In this document: positions 29,762-38,571 of the stretch, piece by piece
Position numbering within the stretch: position 1 is the first letter of the stretch
Layout: each line of letters starts with the position of its first letter
Virus record (IMG/VR): IMGVR_UViG_3300046519_000252
Length of the DNA: 64,000 nucleotides
Reading direction: 5' to 3' (one strand)
Source: an uncultured virus (IMG/VR IMGVR_UViG_3300046519_000252)
Lineage: Duplodnaviria; Heunggongvirae; Uroviricota; Caudoviricetes
Notes under the pieces: model-generated
Database searches by the model: none
Seen by the model: the letters and a program-made list of their open reading frames with translations, nothing else
What the model was told of the DNA's origin: nothing
Made by a program: the position numbers and the translations under genes

Positions 29762-30040
29762 AACTGCTAGGCGGTACTGCTAGCGGCACTGCTAGAGCAA
29801 GAATGTGAGAGGCTATCACCTCCGAGGGGGGAAGTGATAGCCTCTCACGCTTTTCCAGTTCTAGCAGGAGCGCTAGCAGTACCCGTAGCACCAAAGACAC
29901 CCCCTCTGATCAGGCATATAGCAGTTCTAGCAGTTCTAGCAGTAATTTTTAGCCTTACGCGCGTACTCTCCTCCGTTCCTGTCTTGGGGGGTCTATCTCA
30001 CTATGGGGCTCACGTTTCCGAAATCACTGCTAGTTGCTAG
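29757..30040. repeat. iteron-like ACTGCTAG repeats flanking a 15-bp palindrome (putative origin)
   Basis: ACTGCTAG at 29763, 29776, 29788 and 30026; reverse CTAGCAG(T) at 29861, 29873, 29927, 29936; GTGAGAGGCTATCAC/GTGATAGCCTCTCAC at 29805-29848. Confidence 0.7.
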
Positions 30041-30416
30041 ACGATCATGGACTCAGTACAAAAACAGGGCATGACAGCCTGCTCAGTGCACACCCGTACA
30101 CCACTACTAGGGCTTGAAACATGCATGCGCATGCATCTACCATCAGCCACTAGGCCCCGCTCGACGGGGCTTTCTCTCGTGGAAGACCCAGACACCCAGC
30201 GGATAACGCGAAAAACTATTTCCACTAGGCGGAAGCCCTCCAGGGGTCGTGACGACTGCTATTCGTCGTATCTGTGCTCTCGCGCGTGTAGTGATCTCCG
30301 GTCTTGGCGCGGCTGCCGGGTGTCCTTGTATTTGGGGGCATCCGGCTTTTTGTTGTCTCCGGGTGTGGTAGGGTAGATATATCAAGTCACGGACACACCG
30401 ATCCGAGGAGAGTTCC

Positions 30417-30806
30417 ATGGACACCCAGTACACCGAGCAGGCCCTCATGAACCTCGGCTTCCTCCCCGTCACCCGGAACAACGGGATCACCTACGGCGGC
30501 TTCGAGGTCACCCGGGAGGACAACGGCGACTCCAGGATCGTCTACGTGCTCGCCACCGGAGCCGACCGCTTTTCCACCGAGGTGCGCCGGGCCACCGTAG
30601 GCAGCTACATCAGCCGGAGGGAGCGGGAACTCTCCCGTAAGGGCTGGAAGGTCACGATGTTCGAGCCGGACACCGGCACGGACTTCTGGCTCCGGGTTCA
30701 GGCGGAGGACACCGCTTACCAGCTCCCCGGGGAGACGGAGGAGGCCTATACCGAGCGCATGGATACTGCGTCCGACCGTGCTGCCTGGGCTGCTCAGGAC
30801 CGGTAG
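30417..30806 (+). CDS. cassette hypothetical protein
   Basis: box plus GAGGAG. Confidence 0.8.
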   Translation: MDTQYTEQALMNLGFLPVTRNNGITYGGFEVTREDNGDSRIVYVLATGADRFSTEVRRATVGSYISRRERELSRKGWKVTMFEPDTGTDFWLRVQAEDTAYQLPGETEEAYTERMDTASDRAAWAAQDR

Positions 30807-30829
30807 ATCCTTCTGAAGGGGGAGCAGCG

Positions 30830-31048
30830 GTGAAGCGACAGACGGTCAAGGCGGCGCGTACCCGGCTCCGGTGGATCGCGTATCAGGTGGGCTGTCACGG
30901 TGTCCTGGAGATGCGGTACAGCCTGGTAGCGGGTTTCTCGGGGCAGACCCGGGTGACGGAGCGGACGGGTTCGAGCGGTGTGGTGGTGGTGCCGTGGAAG
31001 CATCCGGCGTACTGGAATCCGGATGGTACGGAGATTCCGGATCTTTGA
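30830..31048 (+). CDS. hypothetical protein
   Basis: GGGGAG RBS, GTG start. Confidence 0.55.
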   Translation: MKRQTVKAARTRLRWIAYQVGCHGVLEMRYSLVAGFSGQTRVTERTGSSGVVVVPWKHPAYWNPDGTEIPDL

Positions 31049-31153
31049 TCGGGGAGCAGCGGGGGTGTGACCCACAAGGGGTTGCATCCCCGCTTCCTCA
31101 TGTGCTAGTGTAGATACATCAGAACACGGAGACACCACACCGAGGAGATTCCG

Positions 31154-31402
31154 ATGATCGAGACCACCGAGACCGGCACCTTTGAGACCGTGAAGCTCCG
31201 CCAGCTCCAGAAGGGCGACACCTTCAGCGTCAAGCTCCACGGGCAGTACGCCTGGGGGGACAAGGTCATCCAGGGTGTTCTGGTCGGCGGTTACACGGTC
31301 GTCGGGAACGCCACCAAGTGGCACATCGTGATCCAGCTGGAGACGGGCAAGCGGATCACGCGGCAGATCCACCCGAACCACCCGGTTCGCCGGTACATCT
31401 GA
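31154..31402 (+). CDS. cassette protein, small beta-barrel-like
   Basis: box plus RBS; similar to the C-terminal half of 32960..33400. Confidence 0.8.
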   Translation: MIETTETGTFETVKLRQLQKGDTFSVKLHGQYAWGDKVIQGVLVGGYTVVGNATKWHIVIQLETGKRITRQIHPNHPVRRYI

Positions 31403-31528
31403 GGGAGCGGTACACCAGAGCCCTCCGGAGAGATCCGGGGGGCTTTTTCTTTGTCAGGGGTTGTATCTACCCTAGTACTCGTGTAGAGTATGAGTATCAG
31501 CAAGGGACACCAAACCTAGGAGACTCTG

Positions 31529-31738
31529 ATGTTCTTCAACCTCCCCGACCTCGGCACCGACGAAAAGTACCTGATCCAGGGTGGCGGCCACTACAACTCC
31601 TCCAGCGCCTCGGCTTACACCGTGAAGGCCGCCCGGGAAGCGTTCAAGAGCATGAGGAGCCAGTACTCCTCAGCCACGATCACTATCGTCAACACGACTA
31701 CCGGCGTTGGACGGATCGTGAAGTCCTGGGAGCGCTGA
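31529..31738 (+). CDS. cassette hypothetical protein
   Basis: promoter with reversed box, AGGAG. Confidence 0.8.
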   Translation: MFFNLPDLGTDEKYLIQGGGHYNSSSASAYTVKAAREAFKSMRSQYSSATITIVNTTTGVGRIVKSWER

Positions 31739-31857
31739 ACCCCTGCTGATACACCGAGAGCCCTCCGGAGAGATCCGGAGGGCTTTTGTGTTGTCTGGGC
31801 GCAGCAGAATGTGCTAGTGTAGATATATCAGTAAGGGACACCACGAAGGAGACCCCG

Positions 31858-32103
31858 ATGAACGCCGCCAAGACCGTCGCCACGGCCCTCATTGCCGCCA
31901 CCGCCATCACCGGCCTCACTGCCTGCGACCCCGGCACCGAGCCCACCGGAATCGTCACCAGCCGCGCCGGAGGCAACCCCATGGCCGGTAAGGGCGCTAC
32001 CCTCCTGATCACCGCGAAGGACGGCAAGACCGCCCACGTGACCATCCCGGCCGGTGTGTACGAGAGCTGCCACGTCGGATCTCAGTACCCCAAGTGCAAG
32101 TGA
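31858..32103 (+). CDS. small lipoprotein
   Basis: ALIAATAITGLTAC lipobox. Confidence 0.8.
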   Translation: MNAAKTVATALIAATAITGLTACDPGTEPTGIVTSRAGGNPMAGKGATLLITAKDGKTAHVTIPAGVYESCHVGSQYPKCK

Positions 32104-32234
32104 ACCCCTGCTGATACACCGAGAAGCCTCCGGGAAACTCCGGGGGCTTTTTCGTTGTCAGGGGTTGTATCTACCCTCTCACTCGTGCTACTATTTATCT
32201 ATCAGCAAGGGACACCACCACCAGGGAGACCCAA

Positions 32235-32480
32235 ATGTTCCGGAACCTCTTTTCCGCCAAGACCAATCAGGAGCAGTACGGCACCCCGTGGCTGATCACC
32301 TCCCACGACGGCTCCGAGCACCGCCCCTTCGACTCCTCGGAGAACCTGCTGGAGCTGCTGGACTACCTCTGCCCCACCCCGGAGCGCCCCGTCACCCTGG
32401 CCCACGAGAAGACCACCCTGGTGGCCACCGAGTACTCCCAGGCCGTGCGCTTCATCTACGCCCACGCGCTGTACTCCTGA
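32235..32480 (+). CDS. cassette hypothetical protein
   Basis: promoter with reversed box, GGGAG. Confidence 0.8.
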   Translation: MFRNLFSAKTNQEQYGTPWLITSHDGSEHRPFDSSENLLELLDYLCPTPERPVTLAHEKTTLVATEYSQAVRFIYAHALYS

Positions 32481-32605
32481 TCACTCCGAGCACGCCGAGC
32501 CCTCCGGGAAACCGGGGGGCTTTCTGCTGCGCCCTGTTGCACACCGTCTACTCGATGTGCTAGGGTAGATATATCAAGACGGCGCACCACACCGAGGAGA
32601 GCCCC

Positions 32606-32857
32606 ATGTCGAACACCACCGGCCTCACCGTCACCCGCGAGATCCGTGGCGGCACCGCCCACTGGATCCACATCACCGGCCCGATCGCCCTGGACCGCAA
32701 CGCCCCCCGTAAGGCCGGTGCAGCTGCTCGCCAGTGGGCGCGGGACCTCGGCAAGGGCCGGGCGTACCGGGTGTCCGGTGGCGGCTCCTACAACTGCGAC
32801 GAGTCGGGCGGCCAGGGTACTTTCCGCTACAGCGTCTGCTACGGGTTCGAAGGCTGA
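32606..32857 (+). CDS. cassette hypothetical protein
   Basis: box plus GAGGAG. Confidence 0.8.
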   Translation: MSNTTGLTVTREIRGGTAHWIHITGPIALDRNAPRKAGAAARQWARDLGKGRAYRVSGGGSYNCDESGGQGTFRYSVCYGFEG

Positions 32858-32959
32858 TCGGGGCGTAGCGAGAGGGTCACGGCCTACGGGTTGTGGCCCT
32901 TTCTCGTATGTGCTAGTGTAGATATATCAACCGGGAACACCACACCGAGGAGAACCCCG

Positions 32960-33400
32960 ATGCTCACCTCCGCGCAGATCGACCAGGCCATCAGCACCCG
33001 CGCACTCGTCCGCATCTCCGACACCCACGGGTGGGCACCGGGAGTCACCGGCATCGCCATGGGATTCCGCCCCAACTACGGCACCATCAAGATCGGATTC
33101 GTAGACGGAAACGGCAAGTACACCGGAGAGTTCACCGTCGTCTCCTACAAGAGCGTCGAGCTGGTCGAACCGATGATCATGGAAGAGTTCGAAACCGTCG
33201 AGATCGACGAGATCAAGGCGGGCGACGAGATCAGCTTCAAGGATCTCTACGAACAGCGTTACATCCGGGGCACCGTCACCGAGATCACGGCCTCCCGCGA
33301 CGGCTACAAGGACCCCTTCATCCCCTCCGTACGCAAGGCCAACGGATTCAGCACCCACCCCGAGATCTCCCCCGGCACGCCCGTACGCCGCTACCTCTGA
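32960..33400 (+). CDS. cassette protein, two small beta domains
   Basis: box plus GAGGAG before ATG 32960. Confidence 0.8.
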   Translation: MLTSAQIDQAISTRALVRISDTHGWAPGVTGIAMGFRPNYGTIKIGFVDGNGKYTGEFTVVSYKSVELVEPMIMEEFETVEIDEIKAGDEISFKDLYEQRYIRGTVTEITASRDGYKDPFIPSVRKANGFSTHPEISPGTPVRRYL

Positions 33401-33463
33401 TCCACCCGCAACACCAGGGGCGCAGTCACACCGGCTGCGCCCCACAACCATTCAGGAGACACC

Positions 33464-33775
33464 ATGCGCACCGTCCGCATCACCACCCGCACCCTCGAAC
33501 CCACCCTCACCCGGGACAAGCGGATCCGCGTCCGTTCCGCAGACGGCACCGTCGCCGACTACCCCTGGGACCACCGGTACGACGCACCCGAGGCACACCA
33601 GGAAGCTGCCCGCAAAGTCGCCGTGATGGAGAACCCCAACCAGGAGATCACCATGCAGCGCACGGGATCCGACGCCATGGGATACACCTTCCGCGCGATC
33701 ATCGGCCGAGCCGAAGCGGTGGACCGGATCCGCCAGGGCAACGCCGAAACCCTGGGCAGGCTGAAGGACCAGTAA
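33464..33775 (+). CDS. hypothetical protein
   Basis: CAGGAG RBS. Confidence 0.75.
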   Translation: MRTVRITTRTLEPTLTRDKRIRVRSADGTVADYPWDHRYDAPEAHQEAARKVAVMENPNQEITMQRTGSDAMGYTFRAIIGRAEAVDRIRQGNAETLGRLKDQ

Positions 33776-33848
33776 GCGGGGGACGGCTGACACCACGGGG
33801 CGCAGCCGCTACACCAGCTGCGCCCCCTTGATCATTCAGGAGACACCG

Positions 33849-34109
33849 ATGGAACGCCCCCTCACACCCCTCATGCACACCGCCCTCGAACAGATCCGGG
33901 GAGGCGGCGAAAACTACCGCTACGGCCCGATCACACCCTCCCTGAACCGCCCCACACCCGTGAAGCCGTCCGACCTCACACCAGTCATCTCCGGCGGCCT
34001 CCAGTGGCGCACCGTCGCCGCCCTCGAACGCCGGGGCCTCGTCGAGCTGGTCCCGTACACACCGACCACCGGACGCGTCGTAGCCGTACCCCAGGAGGAC
34101 ACCGAATGA
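33849..34109 (+). CDS. hypothetical protein (wHTH-like)
   Basis: CAGGAG RBS; WRTVAALERRGLVE. Confidence 0.7.
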   Translation: MERPLTPLMHTALEQIRGGGENYRYGPITPSLNRPTPVKPSDLTPVISGGLQWRTVAALERRGLVELVPYTPTTGRVVAVPQEDTE

Positions 34110-34289
34110 GCTGGCTCAAGCGGATACACCGCCGATGGCGGGCAATCGTGCTGCACGCGGTACTCCTGGAAACGACGGAGCTATCCGGCGGCTGCCAGTG
34201 CACCGGCTGGGACGGCTGCCCCAGCCCCTCCGCCTGCGGTACACCCTACGGCTGCTACTGCGGCGCCTGAACACACCAGGAGACCACCG

Positions 34290-34496
34290 ATGAGCAGTGA
34301 AATCCGCCGCCTGGAGATCACCTACACCACCGCCGACACCGACAAGCAGCACGCCCGGGGTCTGTCGGTATGGGAGCAGATGAGCCACGACGAGATCAGC
34401 GAAGACCTCGCAGGCGCCCTGAACCAGGCTCTGAAGACCTGGTACGCCCGGGTAGGACACCGGTACCTGGCATGCGAGCCGGAAGGGTTCGCGTAA
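34290..34496 (+). CDS. hypothetical protein
   Basis: CAGGAG RBS. Confidence 0.7.
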   Translation: MSSEIRRLEITYTTADTDKQHARGLSVWEQMSHDEISEDLAGALNQALKTWYARVGHRYLACEPEGFA

Positions 34497-34697
34497 CACC
34501 ACTGGACGGCTTACAGCGGGTGTAGTCTGGCCGTCCTCCCTCTCGGGGCGGATGGATTGATCACGGAAAAGAGTCTCTCCGGTTGGGCCTAGGAACTCAC
34601 GGCCGGAGGGGCTCTTTTCTGCTGTCCGGGGTTGTGTCGGCACACCGAGGCATGCTAGGGTAGATATATCAAGCCGGACACCACCAGGGAGACCGAA

Positions 34698-34889
34698 ATG
34701 ATCGAGACGCCCATCCTCAACGACATGATCAACACCCCGGCGGAGTGCGACCTCGGATACGACGGCTGCGAGGGAACGGCGACGCAGTACATCGACCACC
34801 CGACCGGAGAGGCGCTGGGAGAGGACACCTGGGGCATGGTCTGGGTATGCGACGGGCCGTGTGCGTACCAGGCGGCGCGGGAGTCCTGA
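34698..34889 (+). CDS. cassette Cys-containing protein
   Basis: box plus RBS. Confidence 0.75.
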   Translation: MIETPILNDMINTPAECDLGYDGCEGTATQYIDHPTGEALGEDTWGMVWVCDGPCAYQAARES

Positions 34890-35019
34890 TCAACCCGATA
34901 CACCAAGAGCCCTCCGGAAAACCCCGGAGGGTTTTCTCGTGCCCGGGATTGCACACCGCCGGTTCGACATGCTAGGGTAGATACATCAGCAAGGGACACC
35001 ACCACCGAGGAGACCCAAA

Positions 35020-35214
35020 ATGACCACCACCCTCACCGCCATCGCCGCCGGTAACGCCATCGCCCGGGTCCGTATCATCCTGGACAAGCTCGGAGCCTCC
35101 TACACCGTGCAGCCCGGCCTGTACCAGTCGAAGATCGCCGTGAACGCCGCGTCGACCCTTCAGGCGAAGATCGTCCGAGCCAAGCTGAGCCAGATCGTTC
35201 TGGTCGCTGGCTGA
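35020..35214 (+). CDS. cassette hypothetical protein
   Basis: box plus GAGGAG. Confidence 0.8.
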   Translation: MTTTLTAIAAGNAIARVRIILDKLGASYTVQPGLYQSKIAVNAASTLQAKIVRAKLSQIVLVAG

Positions 35215-35328
35215 CCCTGATACGCCAAGCCCCCTGGGAAATCCCGGGGGGCTTTTGTGTTGCTGCGCCCAAGTCTGATGTGCTAGGGTAGATACACCAG
35301 AAGGAAACACCACACCGAGGAGATTCCC

Positions 35329-35703
35329 GTGACCACGAACTACATCGAAGCCCCCGCCGGAGCCCTCGGCAAGGACATCCCCGCCAACTACCTGATCAAG
35401 GTCGGCGGCAAGGAGACCCTCACCACCGGAACCGTCCAGAGCGTCCGCCGCGTCGGTGAGATGAAGATCGAAGTCACCCTCAAGCACCGCAAAACCGGAG
35501 AAATCCACACCAACATCCTGGACGCCCGCCAGACCGTCCACGTATGGGCGATCTTCCTCCAGGACAGCTACACCCAGGAAGTCCAGAACGGGCTCCCCTG
35601 GGACGGTGTAGGCGAAATCTGGACCGAGGGCCTGGTGAAGCAGCTGCGAGACCGCCTGAAGTCGAACATGTGGACGTTCTCGGGTATGCCGATCGAAGCC
35701 TGA
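35329..35703 (+). CDS. cassette hypothetical protein
   Basis: box plus GAGGAG, GTG start. Confidence 0.8.
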   Translation: MTTNYIEAPAGALGKDIPANYLIKVGGKETLTTGTVQSVRRVGEMKIEVTLKHRKTGEIHTNILDARQTVHVWAIFLQDSYTQEVQNGLPWDGVGEIWTEGLVKQLRDRLKSNMWTFSGMPIEA

Positions 35704-35910
35704 TACACCCCGCCGCGCCCCCCAGGGACCTCCTGGGGGCTTCCCGCTACCACCAGGACACACCGTGACCGCACGGGCAACCCTTCACTACGCCTCCATC
35801 CGCCTGTACCGCCTACGCCTTTTCCACGGCCGGTGGTACCCCACCACGTACGAACAGCCCCTGCATGGCCGCCCCTACGGCGCAGTCAAGCTCACCCGGG
35901 AGAAACGCCG

Positions 35911-36096
35911 ATGACCCAAACCCGTGAACGCCGCATGTACCTGTACTGGAAGGCGTTGAAGCACGACCGGGAGTACATCCACGGCTGGCACAAGGGCTGG
36001 CTCCCCGGGCGCCTGATGATGACGGCCCGACAGTTCAAGACACCGATCCGAGAAGTCCGCGACATCCTGGATGCCCAGAAAGGCCCCACACCGTGA
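35911..36096 (+). CDS. hypothetical protein
   Basis: GGAG RBS, coupled to neighbours. Confidence 0.65.
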   Translation: MTQTRERRMYLYWKALKHDREYIHGWHKGWLPGRLMMTARQFKTPIREVRDILDAQKGPTP

Positions 36097-36389
36097 CCTT
36101 TGCATCCGAATCCCCGGAAGACGCCGCCTGGTACGCCCTCACAGGACTGCAACGCCGCCTGGTGGAGAACTACATGGCCGCCATGGAGGATCACCTGTCC
36201 CAATCCGACTCCCTGCTGGACCGGCCGAACGCGCTCACCCTCATGTTCATGTTCGACGTCGAACCGGAAGACGCCATGGCCGCAGCCAACTGGTTCGCCC
36301 GGATTGACGCTGAGGACCGCATGAGGGACCGAGTCAACGCAATCCTCCGCACCGGGGAAGCCCAGATGGGGGGCTCCGATGGCTCGTAA
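36093..36389 (+). CDS. hypothetical protein
   Basis: GTGA coupling. Confidence 0.65.
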   Translation: MTFASESPEDAAWYALTGLQRRLVENYMAAMEDHLSQSDSLLDRPNALTLMFMFDVEPEDAMAAANWFARIDAEDRMRDRVNAILRTGEAQMGGSDGS

Positions 36390-36627
36390 GATGCCCCGAT
36401 TCATCTGCCCCGGCTGCAAACGGGATGTCGCCGGGCTGCCCACCAAACGGATCGGTTACGCCTCCCTGGCGGATCACAAGAAGGAGCGCCGCGCTCTGGT
36501 GCTGTGCGGGTGGTCGGAGTCGCACGTGCCGTTGAAGGACGCTAGGGCGTGGCAGGAGGAGTTGCCGGAGGACCGGGAGGCACTGGGGGTTCCGGAGCAG
36601 CGGATAGAGCGGCTGCCGTTGTTCTGA
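36379..36627 (+). CDS. hypothetical zinc-binding protein
   Basis: CPGC..H..C. Confidence 0.65.
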   Translation: MARKMPRFICPGCKRDVAGLPTKRIGYASLADHKKERRALVLCGWSESHVPLKDARAWQEELPEDREALGVPEQRIERLPLF

Positions 36628-36705
36628 CGGGGTTGTATCCCGCCTACTCGACATGCTAGGGTAGATATATCAGGACAGGGAAACACCACACCGAGGAGAC
36701 TCCCA

Positions 36706-36852
36706 ATGAACGCCAAGCAGCTCACCCAGAACACCGCCACCCTGATCATCGCGGCAATCCTTTTCCTTCCCCTCCTGATCGTAGGAATCCCCCTCCTGAA
36801 GCTGTGGCTCTGGGCCGTCAAGACCTTCGGCCCGAAGAACCCCCAGATCTGA
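36706..36852 (+). CDS. small membrane protein (48 aa)
   Basis: box plus GAGGAG; TLIIAAILFLPLLIVGIPLL. Confidence 0.75.
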   Translation: MNAKQLTQNTATLIIAAILFLPLLIVGIPLLKLWLWAVKTFGPKNPQI

Positions 36853-36923
36853 TCCCGCACCCTCACCGCCCGCCTCCTGGAACACTCCAGGAGGCGCCCC
36901 TATACCCCCAAGGAGCCTTCCAG

Positions 36924-37391
36924 ATGAACGCCCTGATCTACCTCCGCACCGAAACGCCCGTTATCACCGGGGAAGACCTGGAACGCCTCGATCTGATGCG
37001 TCCGTACGCCCTGGCCGCCGGGTACACCGTTACCGAGGTGTGGCCGGTGTACGCCCCGTTCGAGTCGCCGACGGACATCAAGCACTGGACGAACGCCCGC
37101 CAGGACCTGGAAGAGGGGCGGTTCGATGCAATCGTGTTCTGGCATGAGGGGCAGGGCACACCGCGTCCTCGCCATCAGACCCGGGAAGATCTCGGCTACG
37201 ACCGGGGTACTTCTGACTCCGCGTCTCCGGAGGGTTTCCAGCCGGGTGCCCGGGTGAAGTACGACGACGCGGCGGGGGAGGTGCTGGAGCGGGTTTATTC
37301 GACGGCTCGGGGGGCCTGGGACTGCCAGGTGCAGTTCGATGGTGTGGAGGGCACGGGGACGGTGTGGGAGTCGGATCTCGTGCCGGAGTGA
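36924..37391 (+). CDS. degenerate resolvase-N-like domain fused to SH3-like domain
   Basis: AAGGAG RBS; ALIYLRT..YALAAGYTV..LEEGRFDAIV; FQPGARV..QVQFDG..ESDL. Confidence 0.55.
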   Translation: MNALIYLRTETPVITGEDLERLDLMRPYALAAGYTVTEVWPVYAPFESPTDIKHWTNARQDLEEGRFDAIVFWHEGQGTPRPRHQTREDLGYDRGTSDSASPEGFQPGARVKYDDAAGEVLERVYSTARGAWDCQVQFDGVEGTGTVWESDLVPE

Positions 37392-37444
37392 TCATGGGGT
37401 ACACCGAGGGGGATCGGGAAACCGGTCCCCTTTAGTGTTGCGCC

Positions 37445-37798
37445 ATGAGCCCTGTACCGGATCGTCGTCCCCTGTATCTGCAAGTAGCGGAGGAGCTGCG
37501 CCGCGATGTTGTGCAGGGGCGGAAGCCCGGGGATCCGCTGCCGTCGATCCGGGCGCTCCAGGAGCGGTTCCAGGTGGCGAACATGACCTTGCGGGCTGCT
37601 CTGGGGGTGCTGAGGGATGAGGGTTTGATCTATACGGTCCAGGGGCGCGGCAGCTATGTCACGGGCGGCGCTGAGGAACCGGTGACGGGGGAGGGAATCT
37701 CGTGGGCTGCTCTGGTGGGGATGGTGGTGGAGCTGCGGGAAGAGGTCGGGGAGTTGCGGCGGTTGGTGGAGGAGCTGAGGGCGGGCCGGGGCGTGTAG
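37445..37798 (+). CDS. GntR-family wHTH regulator with C-terminal coiled coil
   Basis: PLYLQVAEELR..PGDPLPS..LQERFQVANMTLRAAL..EGLIYTVQGRGSYV. Confidence 0.9.
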   Translation: MSPVPDRRPLYLQVAEELRRDVVQGRKPGDPLPSIRALQERFQVANMTLRAALGVLRDEGLIYTVQGRGSYVTGGAEEPVTGEGISWAALVGMVVELREEVGELRRLVEELRAGRGV

Positions 37799-37868
37799 GG
37801 GTTGTGCCTCCTATCTCGAATCTGCTAGGGTAGATACATCAGAGACACCGTGACAGAGGAGACTCCCC

Positions 37869-38075
37869 GTGCGCCACATCCACCGCCGCAACATCTGTGA
37901 CCACGGCTACGAGGGAACGCCCTGCCACCCCGGCAACCACAAGGCCGTAGGCCACGCCGAGTGCTCCGAAACCGCCTGCCCCACCAACACCCTGGAACGC
38001 CACGCCTACAACCCCCACAAGTCCGGCATCGGCTGCACGTGCGGATTCGGCCCCTACGACAAAGTCCACTTCTGA
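37869..38075 (+). CDS. His/Cys-rich small protein
   Basis: box plus GAGGAG. Confidence 0.7.
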   Translation: MRHIHRRNICDHGYEGTPCHPGNHKAVGHAECSETACPTNTLERHAYNPHKSGIGCTCGFGPYDKVHF

Positions 38076-38088
38076 GGAAAGTCTGACC

Positions 38089-38457
38089 ATGACCGAGAAC
38101 GTCACCCATCGTTGCCGTAGCTGCGGAGTCACCGTGTACATAGGCGACGAGTGGACGTATTGCAGCGGCGGTTCCCAGTTCTGCTACAACAGCGGCCCTA
38201 ACCCGAGCAAGATGCTGCGCTGGGCCAAGGACGCCGGTCTGAAGATCGTGTGCTCTGTGGCCCCGTACGAGGGCCGGGAGGTGGTGTACGACTCGGGCTA
38301 TTCCGGCACGCATCCGCGCCCTTGGGTGCTTCTGGGGACGGGGCTGCGGTTCTCGGGTAAGGAGTGTCTCGCCCTGCCTCTCCCTCCGGTGCTCCAGCCG
38401 TCTCCGCCGTCTTCCCGGGGGTTCCTGTCGCGCATCACGGGGCGCTGGGCCCGTTAG
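38089..38457 (+). CDS. hypothetical protein
   Basis: GAGG RBS, CRSC. Confidence 0.7.
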   Translation: MTENVTHRCRSCGVTVYIGDEWTYCSGGSQFCYNSGPNPSKMLRWAKDAGLKIVCSVAPYEGREVVYDSGYSGTHPRPWVLLGTGLRFSGKECLALPLPPVLQPSPPSSRGFLSRITGRWAR

Positions 38458-38571
38458 TTCTGATCTTCGTTGCAAGGCCCCTGCCTTCGGGTGGGGGTTT
38501 CTTGTTGTGCGCTCTCAGCTCTGTATGCTAGGGTAGATACATCAGGACACACCAAAACCGAGGAGAGTCCC

